64,000 nucleotides of DNA from assembly GCF_009914755.1 (NCBI RefSeq), contig NC_060945.1; one strand, 5' to 3'. Below the pieces are notes generated by a model. That model worked only from the letters and a program-made list of their open reading frames with translations. It searched no databases and had not been told where the DNA came from. The DNA comes from the human T2T-CHM13v2.0 reference genome, Homo sapiens. Of the stretch, positions 25,676 through 40,329 are shown piece after piece (position 1 is the stretch's first letter; each line of letters opens with the position of its first letter). Both the position numbers and the translations under genes were made by a program.

Positions 25676-27021
25676 TCACCCTACTAAATATCCACCCATG
25701 AAGTACAATTGGGAAATCTGTGCTCCAAAGCAAAACCATTCTCTTTGAAGGAGCCAGCCTAGACTGCTCTATCCCACCAATGAGAGAGTTAATAGACTTG
25801 ATGGGAGACAGGCACATGGCAATAAGGAGGTCTGTTCTTAGGTGAAATAGGTGAGTTGTGCTGGCCATCAGCACTGGAAGCCCTGAATTCAGGCCTTTGG
25901 GTGAGCAGGGCAGCACACACAACTGGGCAGAGTGGCCCTTTATCTCATGCCAGCTGGACCCAGAGCCGGAGCTTGGAGGCTGGGGTGATCAGGCTGTTCT
26001 TGGCAGAGGTTCCTGAAATGAAATGACTCTGGTGGTGATGGGAGGCCGTGGCTCCAGGCCTGCCCCAGCATAACACGTTGTTAGCATATGTTAACAGGCT
26101 GCCTTTTCTCCAAAGATCACAAAATGCATTCCATTTAGTGTCTGTTTTGGAAGTGTTGCTATCTGTGTTTTATAGGTGACAAAACCAAGATACATCAAGG
26201 TCATGGAGCCCCCACAGCTGAGGGTGAGTGAGTTAGGGGCTGACCTGGGAGACCTGCGCTTCCTGATTCTCAGGCTGTTGCTCAACAGCTGACCCCTGAT
26301 CTTTCCAAACTCCTTCCAGAATGGTCCTTTTGGCCTGCAGATCTCAGGGTCTGGTAGGAGTTAAAAGGAACACGTGTGTTCTGAACTCCCTGGAAGAGAG
26401 TATTGAAAACACACACACAATCTAGTGTTCGACATGTGGGGACCGAGATGAAAGGGGACAGCTGTTTCAGTGCTGGGTTTTGTGACCACACGTGGTTAGG
26501 CCTTCAGCCCACGGAAAGCACATGGAAAATGAGTGGAAGACCTGGCTCCCTCTCTTCTCTCCCGTTAGGCACAAGACGGTGTAAATCCTGGTCTTCCTCC
26601 TTTTAAAAGTGTGACTATCGCGTCAGACTAAGCTTTCTAAGGAACTCGCCACTGGTATCATTCAACAGAAAGGAACCTGCTAGATTAAAGCTAAGTGAAA
26701 TTTTCCAAATGATTTCAGCTGGCTCTACCTAGTGGTTAAGCTTCATCTTTATCGGGCTGAACGAGATGAGCTTTCACCCAAGATGTTGGAGCCACGCTTA
26801 TAATATTTGACTTTTACACAAACAGTTATTTGATTGCAATCCAAACAAAAGCAAATGATGTCCAAAGTTAGAACTATGGATACAAGGCACTGAAACATCT
26901 TAAAACTCAAGGCTGAAAGGTATCTAAGGAATTTTTGTCTCAAGGAAGAGGTGTTATAATTCCCAAAAAGGAAACTGTGTCTACTGATTTTTTTAAATCT
27001 AGAGGGAAGACGATCATATAA

Positions 27022-27337
<316 letters not shown>

Positions 27338-27994
27338 TCATATAATTTTCATCAGGCACTAAAGCTTAACAATCAACTGGCAAACAAATGTTTACCATAC
27401 ACGACTGTATGCAAAGTTCCGGAAGGGCAGGCAGATAGCTATTTTATTCATGTTCCCATAGTCGAGTGCTTCATGTTCTTTGGACTTGTATAAGTAACAT
27501 TAACTACTCTTAATACTGGGAAATTCTTTGTTATCTCTCTCAACCGTCTCTCACATCATTGCCTTTTGGTATGGCCTCCTAATCTGAGTTCTGTTCCAGG
27601 GAAAATGGGAATGGAAGTCACTCTCAATGACAGCCCTGCACACGCAGGGAACACCTGGTTACTAGTTTGTCCCTGAGCCACTTCTTCTGGTGCCAGGCTG
27701 AGCTAAGGATAAGGCAGCAGAAAGCAAAAGGCAACCTCGAATGTCTCTAGATCCAGACTTTTGGTCTTTCCCTCCAAATGTCTTCCTCCCATAGTCCTCT
27801 ATGGCAATTGCAGTTTCCAGATTTCTTACGCTGAAGAACATGTGATACTTCCATGCCTGTTTTCTTTTGCTCGTTCCCTCCATCTACCAGTCATCGACTA
27901 ATGCTGGTTTTACCTCCAAAACAGTCACTCTCTTTACCGTCTCTATAATTTTTTTTACTTCCATTTGCAATAGTTTCTTATTTGTATTTTTTAA

Positions 27995-28250
27995 AAGTTT
28001 TTTTAATAGCCTTATTGAGATATAATTCACATATCATATAGTTCACCTATTTCAAATGTACAATTCAATAAGTTTTTGGCCTATTTTTTTTTTGAGTTAT
28101 GGTTTTATATATATATATACGCATATATAACATACAGTTTGACATTTTAAGAATTTTTAACTATAGTTCTATGGCACTAATTACATTCACAATGTTGGCA
28201 ATAATAATTACTATTCATTTTTCCCAAAACTTTTTAATTGCCCAAATAAA
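27995..28250 (-). mobile_element. L1M (L1MB-like) 3'-end fragments, antisense
   Basis: ttttaatagccttattgagatataattcacatatcat...aaatgtacaattcaa and tacattcacaatgttggcaa are typical antisense L1M 3' ends. Confidence 0.7.
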
Positions 28251-28269
28251 GACTAAATATGCATTAGGA

Positions 28270-28945
28270 GTAGAAGAAAACTTCAACACGATAAAGCTCA
28301 TATATAGAAACCCACAACTAACATAATACCGAATGATAAACTACTGAAAGCTTTTCCCCTAAGATCAGGAACAAGACAAGGATGTTCACTCTTGCCACTT
28401 CTATTCAACACAGTACTGGAAATTCTAGCCGGAGCAATTAAGAAAACAACATATAAAAGACACCCAAATTGGAAAGTAAGGAGTCAAATTATCTCTTTAC
28501 AGATGCCATGATATTATATGTAGAAAACTCTAAAGAATCCTGAAATAAAAATCTGTTCGATATAATAAGTGAATTCTGCAAGCTTGTAGAATATATAGAA
28601 ACACAAAGAGCAGTTGTGTTTCTACATACTTGCAATGACCAATTCAAAAAGGTAACTGAAAACAATTTCATTCAAAATAACATTGAAAAGAACAAAATAT
28701 GTACAAGTAAATTTTAAACAAGGAGGCAAAAGACTCATATACTGAAAACCACAAAATATTACTCAAAGAAATTAAAGAACAAAATAAATGAAAAGGCACC
28801 TCATGTTCATGGATTGGAAGACCTGCTGTTAAGATAACTATACTACCCAAAGCAAACTAAAGATTCAGTGCAATCCCCCATCAAAATCCCAATATTATTA
28901 TTATTATTATTACTATTTTTACAGAAATAATAAGACCCATCCTGA
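28270..28945 (+). mobile_element. L1 ORF2 (RT region) fragment, degenerate
   Basis: ctgaaagcttttcccctaagatcaggaacaagacaaggatgttcactcttgccacttctattcaacacagtactggaa...atgttcatggattggaagac...agattcagtgcaatccc; many stops and frameshifts. Confidence 0.9.
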
Positions 28946-29144
28946 AATGCTAACTGGCTTTTTGCACTTGCTGTTTCTCCTTCCTGGTGTGCTCCTGAGT
29001 CAGACATTAGCATGGCTCCCAGTGTCACCTCCTTCAGGTGAGTATGCCACATGACACTCATCACCTTCTCAGCGTGCCCCTCCTTCACCAGCTTTGCACC
29101 CCCAGCTGCCCCTTATTTGTCTTATGCTTTTCCATTGCCCTTAG

Positions 29145-29520
<376 letters not shown>

Positions 29521-32500
29521 TAATTTCCCCTTTAAATACAAATTTCACGAGGTCAGGAATTTTTATGTTTGTTCACTGCTGTATTTCCAGCATCTAAAAC
29601 ATGTCAGGCACATAGCAGGCATTCAAGATAAATATTTATCAAATGCAAGCATGAGTGTAAAATGTATGAGAAAAACCAATACATCCACATTTATTATTTT
29701 TGTAATGAGACAAGACCAACAAGTGATTACTAATGGGATTTTCGCCTCACATTTTCCTTAACAGAATTTAAAATTGTGGCAAAACATGGTGGTGCAAGAA
29801 CAATACAACTTCATTACACACCCAAAGAAGTGGTGAGTTCATCTATTTCCTCCCACTCGAAAAGCAAATTCATTTTGGGCTGTTTTCACATCATCAACTC
29901 TCCTTCCAATGTACTGCTCCTTGAATCAGAATACATTTGAAATCATTTCCCAGTCTGAAAAAGTCATCAGTGTATCTTAATCCATCTTAATCTGTAATGG
30001 CAAAGGACCCCATGTGAGTGGAGATGCAGTTATGGCTAAGTGTGGGATGCCAAGAACTTGACTTTGGCTGGGTAAGAGCAAGTCTCAATAGCAAGGGAGC
30101 AAGTAGACAGCTGGTAGGAAAATCATGGGTTCGCCTGCATGTGAGTAACAAGGACGAACGGTAATGGGAGACTCCCACAAGTGGGAAACAGTACATGTAG
30201 ACATGACTACATGCCAAACAAATGTACAACTGCACATACTTAACTTATGATTTTTACTTTGATGATAATGAGTGAACAAGAAGGAGAAAAGCTGTCTTTT
30301 TTTTTTAAAAAAAAGATGACTCAACCATGTCTTATATTAAATAGATATTGGGAACATTTGCCTGAATTACATCACTGACCTCATGAAGCCATGAAATCTC
30401 CCACAGAACACCACAAAGCCACAGCTTTATCTCCAAGCTCAACACTTTGTAATGGCACCTCTTCAAGGCTTAGTTCCTGTATTTCCATTCTCAGGGGCAG
30501 ATGCTTCCCTTAGGAAGAGAAGCCCACTGTCTCTCTGAGAGGAGAAACTGATGCTTCTTACCCTGAGACTGAAAGGGCTGCAGTGCCTAAAATGAGCACT
30601 GTGATGCAACCTGGAGAAACTGTATCTTTAACACACTCACAAAGAAAAAAATAAAAAAGAAAACCATATTCTTTAGATTTATTTCGTTCAAATACACTCT
30701 TTAGCTAGAGCACAGGCATTTACCTTCCAATTCTACTTATCTATTGATCCAACATATTTACATATTTTCAAAATAATCCACACACATTCTATAATCCCAC
30801 CCATATAAGATTTCTTTAAAGTGGTAAACCTTTTCCACCACCATTTACTGTTGAGAAAATAAAGGGATGAGAAAGCATTAGCTGTGTTCTAGACATGGTC
30901 CAGTCAAAGAAGGGAGAACTTGGAAATACAGAACTGTGGTTATTCATCGTGACTCTGCCAGCCATTGACTACTTGTGTACACTTGGACCAAGAGACTGGT
31001 TTGATACCAGTCACATCCATGATGGTGACATTCCATGGGATGACAAAGTGCCTGTGGTTGTGCCAGAACTTTCTTGTATCAAATAATTCTAGAAAACAAG
31101 AGGCCCAGAAGCTAGAACCAAGACACCACTTTTGTATGAATTAACAAGACCTCAATTGCTTGGCCATAGTGGCTCCCATCATGGCTTCTGAGTTGTAGAC
31201 CTTAGCATTATGGCACATCTCAAGGGACTATGAAAAATCAGCTCCCCATCTGTGTTCCATAGAACAGCACGACAATTTCAGGACCTAGCTGAGGGCGTGT
31301 CTTGAGTAAAGTCACAAATAAAGCTTACACTAGAACCCGGGAACTTTGATCCTGTTTTTATCACCCCGTCCATTGTTGAAGTAATCATTTAATTTTCCCA
31401 AATGGTCCATGGACTGTTTGAAGCAGGACCTTACCTGATTCTACCCCACTTCTAATGCTTCTGTACCTGAAGATTTTATTAAATGACAAGGGATCATGTA
31501 TTTGGGGAAACAGAGACATTCAACTTTCGGGCTCACAAGAGAGGCAGCTTTAAGTTCAGACCTTCCCTTGTTGTCTGCTTGCTGGAGAAGTGTCTGTCTT
31601 GTGATCCCAGCTTACACTTGGCCCTGGACCACAAACCAGGCCTACAAGAACATGGATGTGGTGCCCATGTTTCAAATTCATCTCACTCTCTTATCAGCTG
31701 GGGACTTTGATTTGGCTTTTCCTAAGACATGGTTAAAATTCTTATTATCAGCTTCAATTTCTGTGCCACAGTTTTAAGACTAACCACCTCTGCTTTTCTC
31801 TATCCACAGCATAAACCACAAAAACTGCTGTCACCACTGAATTGTTGAAAGAGAAGGCATAGGTAGATTTTATTGATGTATTCAGAGATCTCCAGAAATC
31901 ATGTTTTTTTTTTTATTAGAGTTGAATTTCTTCTTCATACCAATATGCTTACCCAATGTGATGGAGTGATGAGGAAACGGGAGAGATGAAGACAGAGATA
32001 CAGACAGAGATGAGAGAGGCTGCATTTTACTCAGTAACGACCCCCACTGACCCCACAATTTGTCTACAGTCCTATAAACACCATTAGGATTCTGTATGAC
32101 TCATTGTATATGCAAGGAAATAGCCTCTTCTGTCCTCTAAAGCACCACAATTAAATTCCACACTTGAGTCAAATTGGAGTCAGATCAGACCAATGGCCCC
32201 ACCCCATACCCCACGAATAATTTAATTAATAATTTAGTTAATCTATACTAAGAACCTTCATATTACAGCTTCTCTATTTTTAAGCCTAGGAACTATCAGT
32301 TTTCCAGACATACTATATGACTTAAAAGACAGGCTCCACAGTTCCATCCTCATCCCTGGCACCTAATCATAAAGGACATTCATGATCCTAGCTATCCCTT
32401 AGCTTCCTTCTTACAGCTCAGACTCTGCTGGACCGACCCTGATATACCTGCTCAGCACTCGCCAGCTAGTTGCCTTCCCTCATGCTATAAATGCTGTACA

Positions 32501-33254
32501 TGGAGGAAGAACATGGCTTTTGGCTGCAGCTGGAAGTCTCCTCCCCTCCATCTCTTATCTTTTAAGTACCCTTTGAATTTCATGCCAGTGTCAGGTGAGT
32601 ATGGGGTGGCACTATTATGTGATTTTCCTGCCACATTTGCAGGTGTGCCTCATGGCCTTGACACATTTAATGTCACTTTCTTTCAACTGGGATGTGTGGC
32701 GACCAGTACGTCCACTCCAGCTGGAATGCCTGGGATTGTGTTTTTATGGATGACGTCTTCACAGCTGGGAAGCATCTCTCCAGGGTCTCTGACAGTGAGT
32801 AAGTTGCTCACATCATTGTTGGCAGGCTCATCCCAATTTTAAGTCATTCTCTAAGACAAGGCAGACAAAAAGTCTCATCTATTAAGGTCACCAGGCCTTT
32901 GAGTGCTGAGGAGCTAAACTAAAGCGTTGCATCCAGGTGCTGGATTGTGGAGTCGTTGTATGCATTGTCTTTGAGAGAAAGGCTACAGTGAAGGAGATGG
33001 AGGCACCCACACGTGGAAGATTGGAGATTTAAACATGAAACAGCCTCAGTGTTTTTCTTGAAAATCTGCTTTGCCTCCATAAAAGCCTCAAGTAGGCAAA
33101 CTGAACTAAATGTACTTTTCAGGAAACACAATGAGAAGGACATCATCTGGTTAACACAATAAAGCCACACTACTCTCTCTCCCCCTCTCTCTCTTTCAAG
33201 CCTTCCAGAGCACCCTTCCTCTAGCAGACATAGAAGAAAACTACCCACATGGCT

Positions 33255-33465
33255 CAGAGGTTAAGGGCCTGGGAACGAGCCTCAGGCAGACATGGATAGG
33301 AGTTCCATTCTGCTGGGTGACTTTGGGAAAGTTAGGCAACCTCTCTGGATCGGAAGAGGAGAGCAATAATACCAGTATCCTGGTTGTTACATAGGAAGTG
33401 CTGGGCACAGCACCGCGCACATAAGGGGTGCTCAGTACATGCTGGTCAATATTATCGTTATTAAT
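33255..33465 (+). mobile_element. MIR SINE
   Basis: gctgggtgactttgggaaagttaggcaacctctctg...aagtgctgggcacagcaccgcgcacataaggggtgctcagtacatgc. Confidence 0.65.
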
Positions 33466-33767
33466 ATTTCCTTTGTCTGAGTGGTGAATGAGGAGCATGG
33501 AGAAGTGGTGTCACCACATCTTTTGATCCTGGGGCTCAGTGGTGCTTTAGAGTGGGTGAAGGCTGAGCCTGAATCAAGGCCTGCCCAGAGCCTTTCTCTA
33601 CCAGGCAAAACGTGCTGGAAAGATAGAAGAGAGGAGCTCCTGATTCACCCAGGACAGTCCCCATTTACTGTACTTGCCACCTCCTTTTCCACTCTGGGAA
33701 GTACCCAGTTAAGGAGGACAAATGACACTGTCACCCTCTCTAGGAGGTACCTTAGGTGGCTTCTACA

Positions 33768-34057
33768 GCTGCACTGCTTGGTATTGGTGCCACCAGCCCC
33801 ATGTGGGCAAGAAGCATGTGGCTGAGACAGCTCGAAAGTGTAACCTGCACACCAGATCTCAAAGACTCGGGAAAGAGAAAGAGTGTAAGCTATGGCATTA
33901 ATAATTTTTATATAGAATGCATATTGAAATGTAACATTTGGCTATAGTGGGTTAAAAATATTAGTAAATTAATCTCACGTGTTTCTTTTCACTTACTTGA
34001 TTGTGGCTACAGAACGTTCATCTGCGGGCTTGTGTTCTATTCTGCGGGGCAGGGCTG
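33768..34057 (+). mobile_element. MER33-like hAT-Charlie DNA transposon
   Basis: gccaccagccccatgtgg...cacaccagatctcaaagact...attaataatttttatat...aaattaatctcacgtgtttctttt...tgtggctac. Confidence 0.7.
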
Positions 34058-34239
34058 TCCTGGAGGTTGAGCCCCATGGGCAGTGGACATGTAGCTGTGC
34101 TCTGGACAGACGCTGTGGCTGCCACCACATTTTCTCTCAGGCTTTGGGGGAAATGCTCTCCCCCAGCCCCACCCCAGAACTGTGCCTTAATGCCCTGGCC
34201 CGGTTGGGTCTCCATCCCTGCATCCCTGCAGTTAGCCCT

Positions 34240-34990
34240 GCTCTCTAGGTGACCCGCCGTCCTTTGGATGTGCTAAAGCCACCACATTCAATATATTCAG
34301 ACATGTGCCACCACTTCCCCTTCCCTGGCTCCACCCTTTGTCTCCCTGCAGTGTTTCTCCTCCAGGATAGCAGCCCTTTTGGGTACCAGAGTCCAGACCT
34401 TCATGTCACCTCTTGCTGGCCTCTACTCCTTGCTCTTCAGAAGCAAGTCATCTGCCAACCCCCTTGGTGGCCTCTCTCCTACCTCTTCTCCACTCTCACT
34501 GCCACCACCCTCGTTCAGGCCCTTTATTTTGTGATATTTACTGTTTCAACATCCTCCAAGCTGATCAGCTTACTTATCTTCCTATTACCCCCAAACGCCG
34601 ATGAGATCCTTTTATAATCCAGAACTATTTCATGTTCCAGCTTTAAAATATGTCCCTGATCCTCCCTGGTACCCAAGCTCTTCAGCCTGGCATTCACAGC
34701 CCTTTAGAACTCAGCCCCATTTTATGGATCCAGGTTTATTCCCTGTTATTTCCATTGCCTCCTCCCATCTACCCCACGGCCACCACCCCTGGGCCATGCT
34801 ATTTTTCACAAACACATGCTGTACCTTTTTAGCTCTCAGTGTCTGATCCATGGTGCTCCTTGGCACCAATGTCCTCTTCACTCCCTCATCTGCTTTGGGG
34901 AGTTCCATCTAACCTGAGGGCTCAGTTAAAACCTGCATTCTCCAAAAACTTTCCCTGCCCCTCCCCCCAACAGAATTGGTTCATCTTCCT
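34240..34990 (+). mobile_element. L2 fragment
   Basis: Pyrimidine-rich: ctcttctccactctcactgccaccaccctcgttcaggcc...cttcagcctggcattcacagccc...gggctcagttaaa. Confidence 0.6.
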
Positions 34991-37389
34991 ACAACCAATG
35001 GCAATTTCATGGTGGTGCCATGTACACATTCGAGTTGGCCTCATATTAGGGGAATGTATGTGAGCATTTCCATTCTCATCTAGAGGAGGACTTCTTTAGT
35101 ATTTGGTGGTTATTTCTTCACATTCTGATCCTCCCTCCTCCATAGCAACTAGCATCAACTTCCAGCCACCATTTGGAAGGTGTTCAATACGTGAGGGTGA
35201 CTTGAGGCAAAGACAAGGGTCAACCTAACACGTCTTTGGAAGGATCGATGCTCAGGCTTGTCTCAGCTTTGGGCTGGGAGAATTCCTTGAGGACTGATGA
35301 GGATGGGGCAGACCACAGTAGCATTTAAAGAGAAAAAGGGAAAAGTTAGGTTGTGCACATCTGCATAGGCAGACTTTCTAATTTTGTTACTTCAGTATAT
35401 TTGCTGAATGTGCACTGCAAGAATATTTAAAGATCAAAGTTCTATAGCAGTGAGCCCAGAACATGCTCAAGCATGGTTAATTCTGCCACTTTCACCCTCT
35501 TCTCCTTCATCACCGATATGGCAGATACCTAGTGGTGGACTCGGTGCTTCTAACCATACTGATTATGGAATGATCATTACAGACTTTGAATAAGGTAGGC
35601 TTCTGGAAGAAGATAAAATTACACTTCTATTAGAACGTCAAGTAGGACCTTGCATGAAAAGAGCCATTGATCCAAAGGGAAGAAAGGTAAAGAGAAGAAA
35701 AGAAAAGAAAAACAGCAACAACAAAAAACGGAGCCCACCGACTGTAATGGAGAGGTTGATGCTTGGCTTTAGGAGAGCAGGTCGTGTGTGTGTTGAATTA
35801 CAGGCAATTATCAGTGGTCTCCCTGTTGGCCCTGAAGAATTTAGAACTGCGTCAAAAGGAAATCTGGTCTATCAGGAGGGAGGTCCTGCTGCATCTTTTA
35901 ACCCTGTGCCAACTCCACTGCACTTGAAACTTTCCATGATGTATCCTATTCTTAAAATCTCACAAATGTTGTTGGTAAAACAACTGTTAGCATTTGATGC
36001 GAGGATAAAACTCTCTGCTAGATCACGTGTTCTTTTAGGGGCCCAAATTGGGATTGTGAAAATGTTATATGATTTTAAAGACTGAAATAAATCCTGCCCG
36101 ATGTCTTCTCTGCTTTCTAGCAGTTTATCCACAAGGAAGGAACCAACACTTCTGCACAAACCCCACCGAGTGAGTGTTGTTCACCAATATAATCTTGAGG
36201 CACTACAAGCCCATGAAGTTTGGGCGGATTCTCCAAAGAATAATTACACTCCGGTCAATGCAATTTTAGTGTTAATTACACATTATTATATTCCTGGGAT
36301 AAGACACACTTATATGAGCATCTCAGCCACCTAAGCATGCATCACTGAAAAACGGAGATCAAGGTGGTTCAAAGGCTTCATGGAGCCAGGCCTGCTAGAG
36401 GACAATGGGCACTTCTCCCATTTATGCACTGTGACCTGGACTGGTCAGAGTTGGCCCTGCTCATTCCTCTTGCCAGCCCTTAAGGGACAACAGGGACACA
36501 CCATGCTTCTGATTTAGATGGAATGAAGGTGACTGAGTAAAAAATATGGAAACTAAATACTTAAAGGGTGACTCTAATTTTTTTTCAGGAGGGTTTAAAA
36601 TTTTGACTAACCAAACATGGAGCTTGGGCCTAATACTTCAACATTTTTGTGCTTTAGTTTTCTTATATGTAAAAGATGAGCAGATGACCATATGCCACTT
36701 GCAAGCATTAAGGTCCTATCAGTTGATGCTGAAGCTGTGTTAGACAAATCACACGCTGGTATAACTAGGCTGGATGAAAGTCTATCCTGAGTGTTCACAC
36801 AGAACTGCATAGAAAGTTGATATTGGTAATGAGGGCCTAGGTTAGAACTGTTCAGAGAAAGCACGACGTCTGTGACAGCTGAATATTGTGTGGCAATATT
36901 AAGTTGGGTTCTGTTTCATCTCTGGCTATAAGGCATACAAAACCATATTGCATATTTTGGTTTCAAGGTGTTTTTTTTTCCTCCCTAAATTTATACCAAT
37001 AGCAAGGCATTATTACTCCATAAGCTCCAAAAACATTATTTTTAAAAACATATCCAATATAGATTTGGGGTAGTAACAACAACTGCTAGGAATTTAATCC
37101 ATCAATTACACTCCTTTTTTTAAAAAAAAATCTGGTCTTCTGCCTTAATGTTTAAATATGCAGAGGTTCAAAGCACCTGACAATTAGGTGCTCTGTGCCT
37201 TCTTACCAGACACTTCACATTAAGACATGTCCTTTGTTGACGAGAATGTTTTTGCCTGGCTGTCTGTTGCATTTCTCTCTCTCTTCCTAGCTTCTGTGAT
37301 GCTACTTGGTAGAGAGTGATGTTTAATAATAGTTTGTTAAATGAATCAACAGGTAAACATAAAATATGGTCAGTCACACTACCGTGAGT

Positions 37390-37395
37390 ACACAC

Positions 37396-37427
<32 letters not shown>
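37390..37427. repeat. (CA)n microsatellite
   Basis: CA run with one CG interruption. Confidence 0.95.
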
Positions 37428-37463
37428 TCATTCACAAAGTCCTACACAGGAAACTACCCCAGG

Positions 37464-38009
<546 letters not shown>

Positions 38010-39607
38010 TTAAGTAGTTCAGGAATAGTGAAGATGCTTCACCTTCTCAGGCCTTTTCCTGATCCCAAGCCCATGACACACATGACAATTGATCCAGGCA
38101 ACTTTCCTACCGAGACTCCTTCTCAAGCCCCAGCTCCGGGGCAGTGAGACAGCCACTACTAATTCATAAGAGTTGTCACTTGGGATAAAGTAAAGGTTCC
38201 ATCCCTGGAATAGACATGGCTCTTTGCTGTCAACTCATATGTTAATGTCTGGGGATCAGGTGGATCCCTCCGTGGGTTGAAACAGAAAAGAACTTAAAAC
38301 AACTTGGCATTATCCATAGGAAACCGAGGAGGGTAAGCAATAAATCTACATTAATAAAAAAATGCCAGGAGGGGTTTCAGCGCCCTCCATGGCCACTGCC
38401 TGTGGACAAGAGCTCTGCTGACTGTCAAGTGGAATTGATCCCATCCATGTTTCATCACTTCAACAGCGAGTGGAAGCAGAAGAGCATTTATCATCATGAA
38501 ACAGACAAGAATTCTTGCTAATTACCATTTTGTTTTAAAGTATAGTAAGATTTAGGGCACCCTCGCTACCCCAACTAGCTTCTTTCCTTGACTTTTATGT
38601 GGGCAGTGTTGTTATAATTTCTCTGTTCAAATAAAGTCTGTAGAAAGCCACAAAAAGAGATCTGGACCCTAAAGCTTAACGGATTCTGGAAAGCAGCTGG
38701 CTTGTAACATGAGTCATTCCAGCCAAAGCTTTCTCTTTTGTATGTTTTTCTCTGACCTAAAGAGTGGGTTATTGGATGTCTTCTGGCAGGTGCTACAGGA
38801 TTAAGAAGGTAGCTGGTCAGAAACAAACTTTGAATTAGGGGGATTTTTTAAAAAATAGTTGACTAAAGTAAATATGATCGTTAGCTTAATCCTCCATATC
38901 TAACGTGAGATTCAAATTTAATAGGCAAGTTTAAAAATCGGCTGGCATGTGCATCTATTATTTGTGTATGTGTCTGGATGCCTTGCTCCAAGAGTACAGG
39001 TTAGTTGTCCGTGATGAAATTTCCAAGACCTTCCTGTTTATCAGGCCCAGCAGTCCAAAAGCCCAAATACCCACATGACCTCCTTTTCTAGGATTATGAG
39101 AGAAAAACAAGTAGAATATTAATAAATTACAGTGGGAAATTATTCTTTTGTTAAAGTCACTTTTACAAAGTTTGTAGGGGATTCCAGACTATTTCTCACA
39201 TCTATAATTCTGAGCCATGATAAATTAATAGATTTTTGTATAACTCTCAGATATTTCTGAAGATGCTTCAGGTTTCTGAATCATTAAGGCAAGATCGACT
39301 TGAATGGTATCCACTTTTAGAGGTGGCGACTCTCTCTTAATGAACAAAATACTTGGATTAATAAAAATTAGTGACCCACAGGTTTGACATCTATATGGAC
39401 ATATGACATAGGACATATGTCCACATCTATATGGACATATGACAAAATCTCTGAGCATGACTTTGGACAATAATTTAACCTTGAAGAGATTCATTTACAC
39501 ATCTATACATTGAGATGAATGATTACACTTGCTGTCACAGCATGGTAAAGAGAAAGGAAAGTGTTCTCGGTGAAAACCCTTTAGATACTCTAAAGTAGAG
39601 TAGAAAT

Positions 39608-39824
39608 CAGGCGTCAGAAAACTTTTATGGTAAAATGTCAGACAATAAATATTTTAGGCTTTGTGCATAAGGTTTTTATCAAAACTACTCAACTCTGTCA
39701 CAGCAAGAAAGCAGCCATCGATAATACATAAATGAACGGGCATGACTGTATTCCAATAAGGCATTATTTACAAAATCAGGCTCAGGCCAGATTTGGCCCA
39801 CGGACTTCAGTTTGCTGAGCCCTG
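39608..39824 (+). mobile_element. MER58A hAT-Charlie DNA transposon
   Basis: aaatattttaggctttgtg...aactactcaactctg...aaagcagccatcgataatacataaatgaacgggcatgactgtattccaataa...ggccagatttggccc...gtttgctgagccctg. Confidence 0.85.
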
Positions 39825-40329
39825 ATTTAAACACTAGTTCTTGCGATGACTGAACAACGTGAACGTCCATGTTATCGCATGTATACAAACATACTATCCC
39901 AATATGAATACACACATCTACATCATTTACCTTCTTTAAAAATGTCCTGCCTTTTGTAAGCCATTGGTACCTGTAAGTAAATAACATTATATTGGGGGTC
40001 TATAGATTTAGTTGAATTTTCACCCTTGCCTTGCAGCAAAGAAAAAAAGTCTGAGGCAACACATTTGACAGTTGGCCCTTGCATATTATAAAATCTAATC
40101 TAAATGAGACCAACACATAAGCACCTTTATACATATAAATCTAGTTTATAACTGAATATCAACTGAGTTTATTCATTATTTGCTTTTCACAGCTCTGCAG
40201 ACAGGAAGAAATGGCTACCAGAATAACAGCAACTCTGAGAAGTTATTACAAGAGGTGAAGGTTATTGCAAAGTTGAGTTTATTAAAGACCCTCATCCCCA
40301 AATTGGAGAGAAGTTACAATGAAAAAAAA

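Noticed and set aside
27995-28945. Opposed L1 fragments suggesting a twin-priming inversion
   Set aside because: The two pieces are far apart in L1 coordinates (mid-ORF2 versus extreme 3' end) and I see no TSD; independent insertions are as likely.
30190-30216. Three CATG cores resembling a p53/p63 element
   Set aside because: Cores are 8 bp apart, not the 10 bp needed for a canonical full site.
35654-36085. 143-aa ATG ORF with basic N-terminus
   Set aside because: The basic stretch comes from an A-rich low-complexity tract; no homology; antisense to the host gene.
38378-38396. CTCF-like CAGCGCCCTCCATGGCCA
   Set aside because: One base short of consensus spacing, with several core mismatches in the ungapped alignment.
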